Origin: Alphaproteobacteria bacterium
GTDB taxonomy: Bacteria; Pseudomonadota; Alphaproteobacteria; CAAGCB01; CAG-977
Reading direction: 5' to 3'
Assembly: GCA_900768845.1 (NCBI GenBank)
Contig: CAAGEK010000064.1
Span: 4,682 to 68,681 of the forward strand
Length of the DNA: 64,000 nucleotides
A program made the translations under genes and the position numbers. Positions 51,350 to 61,188 of this stretch are shown piece after piece (the stretch's first letter is position 1; every line of letters starts with the position of its first letter). The notes below the pieces were generated by a model, which was given only the letters and a program-made list of their open reading frames with translations, was not told the DNA's origin and searched no databases.

Positions 51350-53299
51350 TCAGAATTGGTACTGTAACCCGAACCGTCCTTCGCGAATATCGTCCCTTTT
51401 TCTGTTTTCATATGTCCAGCGTGCGACGACGGACAGGTTTGTCGTCAACGAATAAGATGCTTCCGCATCGCACCGCACCGTTCGCGCCGTTTTATCGGAC
51501 ATATGGATGTATTCGCTTTGCGCCAGAAACCTGAATTTCCCCAAATCCGTGAAAAGGCCGGCCTGTATCCCCGCTCCGGCAAATCCGTTGTGAGGCAGAT
51601 AGCCGCCCGATTTCAAATGCAGGTTTGCAAAGGTGAAAAAAACGGTTTGCGGGGCGATTTCAAACGACGCTCCGACGCCGCCGTCCGCGAAAAATACGCC
51701 GCCTTCCTTTTCCTTGTCGGGGTATTGATAACGTTCCACGCCCGTTTTGAATTGAAAAGACAGGGGGGAAAACAGGACGTTCCGCGGAGTCAATGCCCGA
51801 ATGTTGACCAGCTTGAGGTTTTGCAGTTTTAAATCGTTCCCGCGTTCATACCACCGTAAATCCGTGTCCAGATATGTAATCTCCGTGAACGGCAGGTATC
51901 CTCCGCTGTCGTCCATCAGGGAATGATAGGCCAGACGGATGTTGTAATCGACAAAGTTCCGTCCGTTTCTGCGACCGCCGAAAATGCCTGTTCCTGCGGA
52001 CGCGTGCCCTTCATCGGGTCTTTTTTCCGGAACGGGAACGGGCGGCAGGGCGGATTTTTCGGGAATCGAACTGCGCGCTTTCAACAGCTTTATCGTATCC
52101 GCCCGCATTTCGTCCAACTCGATATGGCGTGCCAGATATTCATATTGCAAATATTCGTATGCCGTTTCCAAAACGTTGGCTTTTTGAGTCGGGGAAAGGC
52201 TTGAATCCCTGACTTTGTCAACCATTCGCGGTTTGTGCAGGACATAATTCAGGATTTCTTTTTCTTCGGGCGTCAAAGAATTGTATGCGTGCCGGATTTT
52301 CGTCTGGCGTGCGGGACGGTACACGGCTTTGTCCAACAGGTTCGGGCGGCTGACGACGGTTCTGATCGTATCGACGGGAATGACGTAGTCCATAAAGAAA
52401 TACGGACGGTGGAACGTTTGCGCCATATCCGCGTTCGGGACGGCGACGTCCAGCATTTCCAGCAAAATGTAAGAGCAGTTTTCGGAAAAAAAGTAATAGT
52501 CCGTGTTTGTCTGCCCCGCTTCCCAGACGTGCGCGACCAAAGCGTCCAATTCGTCTTGGCTCAGGTTGAGGCGGTATTCCCAAATATCGCGGTTTTCCAT
52601 ATTGTTGTAAGTGTTGACCGTATCGTAATACGGAGCAAGGGAAAATACGCCGGGGTATCCGCCCCAAATGCCTTTGATCATAAACGACAAAGCGTTGTCG
52701 TTTCCGGTAATCGCCCCGTAATTGACGGCGTGAGCCAATAAAGGCAGGTCATCCTTTCCGTCGATGCGCAACAATGTGTGCCCCAACAGGGAAGCGGGAT
52801 TTCCCATATAGGCGCTGGTATAAATCAAAGTGAGTTTTTTCGCGCCCAGCTTTTTGACCGTTTCATCAAATTCTTTACATTCGACGGGCGGCAACAGGGA
52901 ACGGTCAAAGCCCAAATGTTTGTTCAGAAACCTGAACCTTGCGGGAAACAGGCATTTGGGATGCCGGTAGTCCGGAGATTCCCCCTCTCGGGATTTGATA
53001 TTTTCGCGGGGGGTGAAAAAAGCGCGGATTGTGGCGTGCAACTCGGCTTTCAAATCGTATTTTCCGTTTTTCGCCAAAAAGAAATCCGGAGAATCGATGG
53101 TGCTTTCGGCGGAAAACAAACGTTTATGATAATGCATCAATGCGCGCCATTCGTCCCGCCCGTCCAAATTCAAAGCGTCGGCTTTTTCCGTCAATCGGGC
53201 GATTTCCGCTTCGGCGGCCAAAGAAAAGGGCTCTGCCGATGCAGAAAAAGTCCCGCACAGGCAAAGCCCCGAAAATACGGCAAAAGAGATGAAACGCAT
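51350..53299 (-). CDS. secreted DUF4105/Lnb-N-like domain protein with C-terminal beta-rich region (649 aa)
   Basis: A signal peptide (MRFISFAVFSGLCLCGTFSASA) is followed by a large periplasmic domain and a C-terminal third with alternating hydrophobic patterns typical of an outer-membrane barrel. The family call rests on weak similarity. Confidence 0.45.
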   Translation of the reverse strand: MRFISFAVFSGLCLCGTFSASAEPFSLAAEAEIARLTEKADALNLDGRDEWRALMHYHKRLFSAESTIDSPDFFLAKNGKYDLKAELHATIRAFFTPRENIKSREGESPDYRHPKCLFPARFRFLNKHLGFDRSLLPPVECKEFDETVKKLGAKKLTLIYTSAYMGNPASLLGHTLLRIDGKDDLPLLAHAVNYGAITGNDNALSFMIKGIWGGYPGVFSLAPYYDTVNTYNNMENRDIWEYRLNLSQDELDALVAHVWEAGQTNTDYYFFSENCSYILLEMLDVAVPNADMAQTFHRPYFFMDYVIPVDTIRTVVSRPNLLDKAVYRPARQTKIRHAYNSLTPEEKEILNYVLHKPRMVDKVRDSSLSPTQKANVLETAYEYLQYEYLARHIELDEMRADTIKLLKARSSIPEKSALPPVPVPEKRPDEGHASAGTGIFGGRRNGRNFVDYNIRLAYHSLMDDSGGYLPFTEITYLDTDLRWYERGNDLKLQNLKLVNIRALTPRNVLFSPLSFQFKTGVERYQYPDKEKEGGVFFADGGVGASFEIAPQTVFFTFANLHLKSGGYLPHNGFAGAGIQAGLFTDLGKFRFLAQSEYIHMSDKTARTVRCDAEASYSLTTNLSVVARWTYENRKRDDIREGRFGLQYQF

Positions 53300-53326
53300 T
53301 ATCGCCCCTTTGCCTTTCCGATATTT

Positions 53327-53776
53327 TTACGCGTCCAACAAAGCGGACATTTTCAAAGAAACGGAAACCGCATCGGCGTTTTCACCGTCGAACAGAACGG
53401 CAAAATTCTGCTTTGCGACCGAACCGACTTTGTCGGCGGGCATTTCCATGATGGAAGCGACGGCGTCAATCGTTTCCCCGTGACCGCGGGAAGCGTCGAT
53501 GGCGAACTGATCCAGATTGTTTTCCAGAAAAGCGAACAGTCTGCCCGTACCGCCGGCGATGCGGCCGTTCTGGGTGCATCCGGACGTACCCGTCGTGATA
53601 CCGAACGTCTGGTTGCCGGAAATGCCGTTCAGGAACGTGGCCAACAGGTTGAAAACAATACCGGACTGGCCTTTGAGCAAAACGGATCCCAAACCGCAAC
53701 CGACGTTGTCGGCGGCATGAACCGGAGCGGTGCTCAACGCAAAGGCAACGGCGGCGACAGTCAATAATTTCTTCAT
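53327..53776 (-). CDS. small secreted protein (DUF3015-like)
   Basis: The 149-aa ORF has a signal peptide (MKKLLTVAAVAFALSTAPVHA), a Gly-rich mature part and two Cys; it is co-directional and 27 nt upstream of the DUF4105-like gene. Confidence 0.45.
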   Translation of the reverse strand: MKKLLTVAAVAFALSTAPVHAADNVGCGLGSVLLKGQSGIVFNLLATFLNGISGNQTFGITTGTSGCTQNGRIAGGTGRLFAFLENNLDQFAIDASRGHGETIDAVASIMEMPADKVGSVAKQNFAVLFDGENADAVSVSLKMSALLDA

Positions 53777-53936
53777 AAGTGGTCTCCTTTGAAAAGGTAA
53801 ACATCAAAAAACAAGGGGGAGTATAAAAGAACGGATTTATAAAATCAATCCGTCGGGACATTTTTTTCCCTTGTACGCCTGTTTGTTGAAAAGGTATGCT
53901 GTCAATGGCGGAATTTTTCAATTCGGGGAAAAGGGA

Positions 53937-55064
53937 ATGGCAAATCTTGAAAGGAAAATACGGAGTTGGGTCGAGGAAGGCCTGATTTCCGAAGATCAGG
54001 CGGACAGGCTGATCGAACGGGAAAAGGCGAAACACTTTTTTTCTTTTGGCGGCGTCCTCGTGTTTTTGGGCGTTTTGGCGGCGGCGTGCGGTATTTGCGC
54101 GATTGTCGCTTCAAATTGGGAGGTCATTCCCGATGCGGTCAAGTTGGGCGGAATGTATGCCGCGACGGGCGGTTTGGCGGCTTGGCTGTACCAAATCGGG
54201 GAATCAAAGAAAACGGCGTTTGAAACGGGGCTGTTTTTATACATTTTGCTGTTGTTCGCGGTCATCGGCTTGAACGGGCAGGTTTTCCATCTGGTCAGCG
54301 ATTCATGGAAAGCCTTCATGTTTTGGAGCTTTCTGGCTTTTCCTTTGGTTTTGCTGTCCCGAAAGGTGTTTATCGGATTCGTTTGGCTGGCGATTTTATA
54401 CACGGCGTTTCTCATGTCTCCGTATGTGAAAGAATTGGAAGAGTTTTTCATGCCGTTCGCCTACGGTGCGCCGCAATGTTTCGCCTTGTTGAGCTTTCTG
54501 ATATTTTTAACGGTTTGGCCGGTCAGGGACAGGCGTCCGGTCTTGTTGAAACCCCTTTGTACGTTTTTGTTCGCCCAAACCGTCATTCCGTTGTTGTTTC
54601 CCGCAATGAGGCTCCGGCATTGGGAAAAGGCCGAAGTTTGGACGACGCCCTTTGTCATTTTCTATTCGGCGATGTTTCTGTTCGGAATGTGGAAGCTGAT
54701 GCCTTTCAAGCCGGAAGCCAAAAAAGCCGTTTCCGTAGCGGTTTTCTGCTTTGTCGTCGGGGTGGCGGTCAAATTTAAGTACGATTTCATTTATTTCCTG
54801 TTGGAACTGGTGCAGTTGCTGTCGCTTTTGGCTTTTGCCTACTTTATCAGGGCAAGGGCGATGTTTAACGTTTTGTCCTTTACCGTCGGAGCGTTGATTC
54901 TCATTCGCTGGCTGATATTGTTCGGGACGTTGATGCAAACGGGGGCGGGATTGATCGCAACCGGCGCGGTGCTGATCGCCGCGGCGCAAGGATGGCGGGT
55001 GCTGACCAGAAGAGTCGCGGAACGTTTTGAACGCGAAAGCCTCGAAGAGGAGGGCGCATTATGA
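53937..55064 (+). CDS. DUF2157 (and DUF4401)-type polytopic membrane protein
   Basis: An N-terminal soluble helix (RKIRSWVEEGLISEDQADRLIERE) is followed by about 10 transmembrane helices, the usual partner of GDYXXLXY proteins. The ATG at 53937 follows AAAAGGGA. Confidence 0.5.
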   Translation: MANLERKIRSWVEEGLISEDQADRLIEREKAKHFFSFGGVLVFLGVLAAACGICAIVASNWEVIPDAVKLGGMYAATGGLAAWLYQIGESKKTAFETGLFLYILLLFAVIGLNGQVFHLVSDSWKAFMFWSFLAFPLVLLSRKVFIGFVWLAILYTAFLMSPYVKELEEFFMPFAYGAPQCFALLSFLIFLTVWPVRDRRPVLLKPLCTFLFAQTVIPLLFPAMRLRHWEKAEVWTTPFVIFYSAMFLFGMWKLMPFKPEAKKAVSVAVFCFVVGVAVKFKYDFIYFLLELVQLLSLLAFAYFIRARAMFNVLSFTVGALILIRWLILFGTLMQTGAGLIATGAVLIAAAQGWRVLTRRVAERFERESLEEEGAL

Positions 55065-55576
55065 ATAAAAAGGCTTTATGTCTGATTCTTCCTTTGGCCG
55101 TTTTAATCGGATGGACGGGGATTTTAACGTATCGTCAAACGCACGGTGCATTGATTGAAGTCGCGGTTCAAGGGTATGACCCGCGTGATTTGCTGGCGGG
55201 ACATTACTTGAGGATTCGAACGGATTACGGCGTCAAATGTCCGGAAAAGCGGTGGGGGGAGGCTTTCTTGTGCGCGGACGGCGGTTCCGTTACCTTGGAA
55301 CCGGAGGAAAAGACGGAAAATTGCCCCGTGCGGATCAGGGGATGGTGTCGGGGGACGCGTTTTGACGACGGAATCCAACGGTTCTACGTTTCGGAAGGTA
55401 AAGCCCGCTTGTTGGAAGCCGCTTTGCGCGACGGAAAAGTTAAAACGACGCTCGTCCTGTCCGTTTCGGGAAACAGCAACATTCCCGTTCCCGTCGATTT
55501 GAAACTTGACGGCATATCTTGGAAGGATTGGACGCCTCCTGAAAATCAAGACCAAGCATCGGATATGCCCCGATGA
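55061..55576 (+). CDS. GDYXXLXY-domain protein
   Basis: The 171-aa ORF has a signal/anchor and GYDPRDLLAGHYLRI, a variant of the GDYxxLxY motif. The start overlaps the upstream stop by 4 nt, so the two genes are translationally coupled. Confidence 0.5.
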   Translation: MNKKALCLILPLAVLIGWTGILTYRQTHGALIEVAVQGYDPRDLLAGHYLRIRTDYGVKCPEKRWGEAFLCADGGSVTLEPEEKTENCPVRIRGWCRGTRFDDGIQRFYVSEGKARLLEAALRDGKVKTTLVLSVSGNSNIPVPVDLKLDGISWKDWTPPENQDQASDMPR

Positions 55577-55663
55577 TTCCGCTTTCCGCAGAACAGGAAG
55601 CACCCTGAAAATAAAAAAGCCTCCGAATATCGGAGGCTTTTTTTATAATGTCCGTTTACGGAA

Positions 55664-56416
55664 TCAGTCGAAACGGCGTCCCCAACGTTTCGGGGCGGGC
55701 GGCGGATTGTTTTCTTCGGCGGAATCCTGCTGTTCCGAAGAGGAATCGGGACGTTTGACAAATACGCGTTTTTCCTCTTCCTTGACTTCCTCGCTGCCGA
55801 CGGGTTCCAAATCGTTGGATACGGCGTTGATAAAGGTGTCGAGCCATTCGCGGATGGGGCGGGCGGAAAATTCGCGTGTTTCCCCGCCGTACAGGAAAAA
55901 TACGCCGGGGCAGCTTCCGCCCGATAAAATCAAATCGACGTAATCGATATCCTGCCTGAAACGCAAAGCCAGACGGGGAGTGACAATACAAGACGCGATT
56001 TTCGTGACGGAAATGTCGTAACTTGTTTCCTGCAACAACTTCGCTTGGACTTCCTGTAATCCGACGTCGTTCAACGCACCGCAGTTTCCCGTGTGGGCGT
56101 ATCCGTCGATTGTGGGGCCGCGCTTTTTCGGGCTTTTTCTGGCGACGCCGTAACAACGGACTTCCTGAGGTTGAGCCAGCACGACGGCGGCGTTCGGGCC
56201 GATACGTTCGCGGATTTTTCCCGACACCAGCGTTTCATATTCTTCGGGAGGCGTATATTCGTCAGGATTTTCCACGACTTCCTTCTTTGCGACCGATCGG
56301 GAAGATCCCGCCGCGTCGAAATCGGAATGGGTGTTGTAGAAAATCTGTGCCTGAGCATTTGAAATGCCTGACATAAAAAACAGGGAAATTAAAAAGCATA
56401 CTTTTTTCATTTTCAC
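55664..56416 (-). CDS. hypothetical secreted protein (250 aa)
   Basis: A signal peptide (MKMKKVCFLISLFFMSGISNAQA), four Cys and an acidic/Pro-rich C-terminal tail are present; I recognise no family. Confidence 0.4.
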   Translation of the reverse strand: MKMKKVCFLISLFFMSGISNAQAQIFYNTHSDFDAAGSSRSVAKKEVVENPDEYTPPEEYETLVSGKIRERIGPNAAVVLAQPQEVRCYGVARKSPKKRGPTIDGYAHTGNCGALNDVGLQEVQAKLLQETSYDISVTKIASCIVTPRLALRFRQDIDYVDLILSGGSCPGVFFLYGGETREFSARPIREWLDTFINAVSNDLEPVGSEEVKEEEKRVFVKRPDSSSEQQDSAEENNPPPAPKRWGRRFD

Positions 56417-57885
56417 TTTCCGTTTTCAGAGGTGGTTTGTGTTCGGGGAAGGGGGTGTTCAGAAGTTTTCAAAACCGTTTTCCGTCCGTCCGGTTTTCCG
56501 GTTTCTCTTTTCTTTTTAACGGGTTGTTTCCCGCCCGAGGTAGGCGCATCCGTACCTGCGGGAGTGGCGGAGGGCTGTGCCTGCGCCGGTTGTTTTCCGC
56601 CCGAGGAAGACGCGTCCGTACCTGCGGAACCGGCGGAGGGCTGTGTCTGCGCCGGCAGTTTCCCGCCCGAGGAAGGCGCGACCGTACCTGCGGAACCGGC
56701 GGAAGGCTGTGTCTGCGCCGGTTGTTTTCCGCCCGAGGAGGACGCGTCCGTACCTGCGGAACCGGCGGAAGGCTGTGTCTGCGCCGGTTGTTTCCCGCCC
56801 GAGGAAGGCGCGTCCGTTCCGGAGTTCGCCGTCGGATCGGATGCATTTCCGGCTTTCGTCGGAACGGTGGCGTCCGTTCCCTTCACGGTGTTTTTCACAT
56901 TTTTTACGGCGTCGCGTTCCGAAACGGCTTGCTTTCCGGCGGAAACGTCCGATTTTGCGTCCGGAAGCTTGTTTTGTCCTTTTTTATTTTCGGCTTTTTT
57001 CGCTTCCTGTCGTTTGGAAGGGGCTTTTTTTCGGGCTCTTTTTGATGTTTCCGTTACGGGAGCGGAACAAAATTCCGATGAATTGTGCATGAAAGCCTGC
57101 GGATCCACCCGTTTGTTTTTCCACATGACCGTCCAATGCAAATGAGGACCCGTCGCACGTCCCGTCATGCCGACCAACCCGATTTTATCGCCTTTTTTCA
57201 GCTTTTGCCCTTCTTTGACCAAGATTTTGCTCATATGGACATAACTGGTCGTCAGGTCGTTCCCGTGCGCCAGCAATACGGTTTTTCCGGTCAACAGCAT
57301 ATCTTCGTGCGCCAGCAATACCGTTCCGTCGGCGGGGGCGCGAATCGCCGTTCCCGTTTTTGCCGCAATATCCAAAGCGTTATGCGCGCCGCCCGCAATG
57401 CCGTTAAAAATGCGCTGACTGCCGTAAACGCCTGAAATCCGCCCTTTTACGGGAACGGAAAAACAAAGGGGAACGGGGCGGAGGGCTTTTTTGCCGCGTG
57501 CTTTTGCGATTAATGCGTTTTCATCCGCGATGCGTTTTTGTTCAACCGGATTCGGCGTCACCGTGTTTTGCGGAACGCCGTCAACGCGTTGGATGTTCCA
57601 TTTGCGCGGCCTGATTTTTAAAACTTTCCTGATTTTGGCTTTTTTCCGTTCGGCTGTCAGAACCAGCTTTCCCGTATCGTCGCGTCCGATGCCGAATACG
57701 AACCAACCGTCCTTGCGCACGGCGATTTTTTCCCCGTTCAACCGTACCGTTGCACCTGGGGTCGCATACCCGAATATCAATTCCCCCTGTCTGGGCTGTC
57801 CGTGCAAAAACAACACGGGCGGTTCCGCCTTGACGGAACAGGCGGCCGATAAAAACAGGCCAAGCATAACCAAAAAACGAATCAT
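56413..57885 (-). CDS. M23-family (LytM) peptidoglycan endopeptidase with C-terminal 22-aa tandem repeats
   Basis: A signal peptide and M23 motifs (HNALDIAA...TGPHLHWTV) are present. The C-terminus carries five copies of SAGSAGTDASSSGGKQPAQTQP. Confidence 0.75.
   Translation of the reverse strand: MIRFLVMLGLFLSAACSVKAEPPVLFLHGQPRQGELIFGYATPGATVRLNGEKIAVRKDGWFVFGIGRDDTGKLVLTAERKKAKIRKVLKIRPRKWNIQRVDGVPQNTVTPNPVEQKRIADENALIAKARGKKALRPVPLCFSVPVKGRISGVYGSQRIFNGIAGGAHNALDIAAKTGTAIRAPADGTVLLAHEDMLLTGKTVLLAHGNDLTTSYVHMSKILVKEGQKLKKGDKIGLVGMTGRATGPHLHWTVMWKNKRVDPQAFMHNSSEFCSAPVTETSKRARKKAPSKRQEAKKAENKKGQNKLPDAKSDVSAGKQAVSERDAVKNVKNTVKGTDATVPTKAGNASDPTANSGTDAPSSGGKQPAQTQPSAGSAGTDASSSGGKQPAQTQPSAGSAGTVAPSSGGKLPAQTQPSAGSAGTDASSSGGKQPAQAQPSATPAGTDAPTSGGKQPVKKKRETGKPDGRKTVLKTSEHPLPRTQTTSENGK
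56520..56850. repeat. five tandem copies of a roughly 66-bp repeat within the M23 peptidase 3' end
   Basis: Near-identical units (..CTGCGCCGGTTGTTTTCCGCCCGAGGAAGACGCGTCCGTACCTGCGGAACCGGCGGAGGGCTGTGT..) are visible directly in the sequence. Confidence 0.7.
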
Positions 57886-59378
57886 AACAGCGTTCCCTGT
57901 TTGTCGTTGTCCGCCGTTTTTGCGGGGCGCGCCCGTTTTTGCGGCGTTTTTTGCGCTGACGCTGTTGTAACAGAAACGGAGCCGTCTGCAAATTTTAAAT
58001 TCAAATCCGGATGTTTCGCCGCGCTTTTCGCCGATACGACGGGCTTTCCCCCGTCATCCAAAACCAAAGCGAATCCCCTGTCTAAAATGCGTTCGTAGGA
58101 AAAGCTTTCCAACAGACGTGCGGCCGTTTCGAAACGGGCGGCGGCGTCCGACACGGCGGCGGCGGCCGACGTGTTCAGCGGTTGGGCGAAACGCAACAGG
58201 GCGTTTTGAGCGTTCGCCAGCATTAAATCGGGGCGGATTAGGCGGGAAACCAGCACTTTCAGAGCGGATTCCCCGGCTTTGAAAAAAACGGCGGCGGCAT
58301 TTTGCAAACGTTCCGTCCTGTCGTCAAGTTTTTGAGCGTATTCGTCCGTGATTTGTTCCAACGGCGGCAATCCCCGCCTCAGCCCCGTCAGGATGTTCCG
58401 TTTTTCCGACAACAATCTGGAAACGGCGACGTAAGCTCTGGAGTTTTGAGCCGTCAGTCCGGCAATCAGTTCCGAACGGACGGGAACGGCCTTTTCCGCC
58501 GCGCCCGTCGGAGTGGGAGCCCTTAAATCGGAAGCGTAATCGATCAGTGTCGTGTCCGTTTCGTGTCCGACGGCCGAAATGACGGGAATATCGGATGCGG
58601 CGACGGCGCGGACGACGATTTCTTCGTTAAACGCCCACAAATCTTCCAAACTGCCGCCGCCGCGTGCGACGATCAATACGTCCGGACGGGGGATTTTTCC
58701 GTCGGGGGAGTCTTTGCCTCCGCTGGGGATGGCGTTGAAACCCCTGACGGCCGCGGCAACCTGAGCGGCGGCGTCTTCGCCCTGAACGACACAGGGCCAT
58801 AACAGGACGCGGCGGGGGAAACGGTCGTTCAAGCGGTGCATGATGTCACGGATGACGGCTCCGGTCGGAGAAGTGACGACCCCGATGACGTCGGGCAGAA
58901 AGGGAATCTTTTTTTTGCGTTCCGGTGCGAACAGCCCTTCGGATTCCAGTTTTTTGCGCCGCTCTTCCAGCAACTTCAACAACGCGCCTTCGCCCGCGGC
59001 TTCCATCGTTTCGACGACCATCTGATATTTCGACCGTCCGGGATAGGTTGTTATCCTGCCCGTGCAAACGACTTCCAATCCGTCTTCGGGGACGACGGAC
59101 AACCGCGACGCACCGCCGCGCCAACATACGCCGTCCAAAACGGATTCCTCGTCTTTGAGGGCGAAATACATATGCCCCGACGCGGCCTTTTTAAACCCCG
59201 ATATTTCCCCGCGCACCCTGACGGATGAAAAACCGTTTTCAACCGTGCTTTTCAAAGCGTAAGACAGTTCCGAAACCGTCATCGGTTCGTCTTTTCGCTT
59301 TTCGGGGGCTTCCCGAAAAAGCTCCGGCGAATCGGCTTTTAATTCCAAAATGTCGGCGAACAACGGTTGACGGGTCAT
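57882..59378 (-). CDS. xseA: exodeoxyribonuclease VII large subunit
   Basis: An OB-fold N-terminus (VRVRGEISGFKKAASGHMYFALKDE) and the ExoVII_L catalytic region are present. The ATG at 59378 overlaps the tadA stop (ATGA). Confidence 0.8.
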   Translation of the reverse strand: MTRQPLFADILELKADSPELFREAPEKRKDEPMTVSELSYALKSTVENGFSSVRVRGEISGFKKAASGHMYFALKDEESVLDGVCWRGGASRLSVVPEDGLEVVCTGRITTYPGRSKYQMVVETMEAAGEGALLKLLEERRKKLESEGLFAPERKKKIPFLPDVIGVVTSPTGAVIRDIMHRLNDRFPRRVLLWPCVVQGEDAAAQVAAAVRGFNAIPSGGKDSPDGKIPRPDVLIVARGGGSLEDLWAFNEEIVVRAVAASDIPVISAVGHETDTTLIDYASDLRAPTPTGAAEKAVPVRSELIAGLTAQNSRAYVAVSRLLSEKRNILTGLRRGLPPLEQITDEYAQKLDDRTERLQNAAAVFFKAGESALKVLVSRLIRPDLMLANAQNALLRFAQPLNTSAAAAVSDAAARFETAARLLESFSYERILDRGFALVLDDGGKPVVSAKSAAKHPDLNLKFADGSVSVTTASAQKTPQKRARPAKTADNDKQGTLL

Positions 59379-59851
59379 CTTTTTTCTCCGTTTTTGCGCA
59401 AGGCTCTGAAAAAACTTTCCAACAAACGGGCGTTTTGCGTTTCCGCAATGCCTCCGTAAACTTCGGGCGTGTACAAACGGGTCGGCGCGTCGTAAAGCCT
59501 GCATCCGTGTTCCACGGCTCCGCCTTTGACGTCATAAGCCCCGAAATACAGGCGGCGCAGTCGGGCGAAAGATATGGCGGCGGCGCACATCGGGCACGGT
59601 TCCAACGTCGCGTAAATGTCCAAACCGCTCAAACGGGGCGATCCCGTTTTCCGGCAGGCTTCGCGTATGGCCAAAATCTCCGCATGGGCGCACGGATCGT
59701 TGTCTTGTTCCGTGCGATTCGACGCAACGGCGACAATGCGCTCCGTTTCGGGGGCGAAAACAACGGCGGCGACGGGAATTTCCCCTCGTCCGCCCGCCTT
59801 TTGCGCTTCGGTGAAAGCCGTCGCGACAACCGTTTCCAAAAAGCTTTTCAT
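59375..59851 (-). CDS. tadA: tRNA-specific adenosine deaminase
   Basis: The CDA-fold motifs HAEILAIR and PCPMCAAAI are present. The start at MKSFLE (59851) or the upstream in-frame MTSGRY (59887) is possible. Confidence 0.75.
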   Translation of the reverse strand: MKSFLETVVATAFTEAQKAGGRGEIPVAAVVFAPETERIVAVASNRTEQDNDPCAHAEILAIREACRKTGSPRLSGLDIYATLEPCPMCAAAISFARLRRLYFGAYDVKGGAVEHGCRLYDAPTRLYTPEVYGGIAETQNARLLESFFRALRKNGEKR

Positions 59852-60018
59852 AACGTTTACAGTGTCGCCGTACCGTCCGGATGTCAAGCAAAAGCATCTT
59901 TTTACGGCTTTGCCGGCGCGTAAAAATCCGCAAATGTGAAAAAAATCGTAAAGACGACAAGGTATATAATGATTTTTTGATTTTTTGGCTTTATATTAAA
60001 TGCGATTCAAAACAGGGG

Positions 60019-61188
60019 ATGAGTATGCCTGCACAGGTGGCGATTGACAATAATACGGTTTATAAACTCGGCGGGTTTCGGGTCGACCGCGATATTGTGC
60101 GTTATATCCGCGAAGCCAGCGATTTAAGCGGCGTCAGCTTTGATTATATGCTGGCGAAGGCCGGTCATGAAAGCCGTTTCGATGCGGACGCCGCCGCCGC
60201 AAAATCCAGTGCGGAAGGCATTTACCAGTTCACGTCCGATACATGGTTGCAACAAATGAAATTGCACGGCGCAAAGTACGGCTATGCGAAGCTGGCGGGG
60301 AAGATCTACCGCGACGGCCGCGGGCGGTATCGCGTCAATGACAAAAACGTGCGTGAAGAAATCCTTTCCCTGCGCCGTTCGCCGCGAATCGCCTCTTTGC
60401 TGGCGGCGGAATTTGCAAAAAGCAACAAAAAGATTTTACAGGATCAGGTCGGCGGGGAAATTACGCCCGCGGATTTGTATCTGGCTCATTTTATGGGACC
60501 TTCGGGGGCGGTGATGCTGTTGCGCGCCGACAAATTCACACCGCACAAGCTGGCGGCGGATCTGTTTCCCGATGCGGCGATGGCGAATCCTCCCATTTTT
60601 TATAATGAAAGAAACAAAATGCGCACGGTGCGTCAGGTGCGCAATGTTTTGTCCGCAATTTTCCAAGATAAAATCGAACGCTTCGCCGTTTTGCCCAAAT
60701 CGTTGAAAACATGGTTGGACGCCCAGTCGAAAACGGCGACCGCCGACAGGAAACAAGCCGTCGTCGTTCAGGCTCCCGTGTTAAGGATGGAAGCGGGGCT
60801 GTCCGTTTCTCCGCCCCCGATGCCGAAGCTGGTTGAAACTTTGCAAATGGCGAAAATACTGCCGGGCGAAGGGATGAATTTGGATGACGATGCGTTGATG
60901 GAAAGCCTGAAAACAAAAATGGAAATGAAGGCGGCTTCGGGTGAAAACGATACCGTTTCCGCCGATTTCCTGCCGGTTCGCCGCGCAGAATATGATATGG
61001 CGGGCGTCACGGGGTTGGAAGCCGATATGCCTTCGTCCGTCCGTCCGGTCTATACGGCGCGTTCGGCGGTCTGGTTTGAATCCGACGATTATCCCCTGAC
61101 GTCGGCTTTGCCCGTCCAGATGACGGCACAATCTTCTTTGAAAGCCCTCTTTGATTCCAAACGAAAAGAAAACACGGATGAACTCTGA
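60019..61188 (+). CDS. lytic transglycosylase (SLT) domain protein with long C-terminal extension
   Basis: GHESRFDADAAAAKSSAEGIYQFTSDTW matches the SLT catalytic Glu/ES...GLMQF signature. The roughly 250-aa C-terminal region has no assigned family. The start is at 60019 or 60025. Confidence 0.55.
   Translation: MSMPAQVAIDNNTVYKLGGFRVDRDIVRYIREASDLSGVSFDYMLAKAGHESRFDADAAAAKSSAEGIYQFTSDTWLQQMKLHGAKYGYAKLAGKIYRDGRGRYRVNDKNVREEILSLRRSPRIASLLAAEFAKSNKKILQDQVGGEITPADLYLAHFMGPSGAVMLLRADKFTPHKLAADLFPDAAMANPPIFYNERNKMRTVRQVRNVLSAIFQDKIERFAVLPKSLKTWLDAQSKTATADRKQAVVVQAPVLRMEAGLSVSPPPMPKLVETLQMAKILPGEGMNLDDDALMESLKTKMEMKAASGENDTVSADFLPVRRAEYDMAGVTGLEADMPSSVRPVYTARSAVWFESDDYPLTSALPVQMTAQSSLKALFDSKRKENTDEL

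Noticed and set aside
56520-56850. Possible CRISPR array, because of the regular roughly 66-bp repeats
   Set aside because: The units are directly abutting with no unique spacers, lie inside a coding sequence in frame, and have no cas genes nearby; this is an intragenic tandem repeat, not CRISPR.
56432-57145. Plus-strand ORFs of 170-237 aa with repetitive Arg/Pro/Cys-rich translations
   Set aside because: They are generated by reading the 66-bp tandem repeats of the M23 gene on the opposite strand; repeat-driven artefacts.
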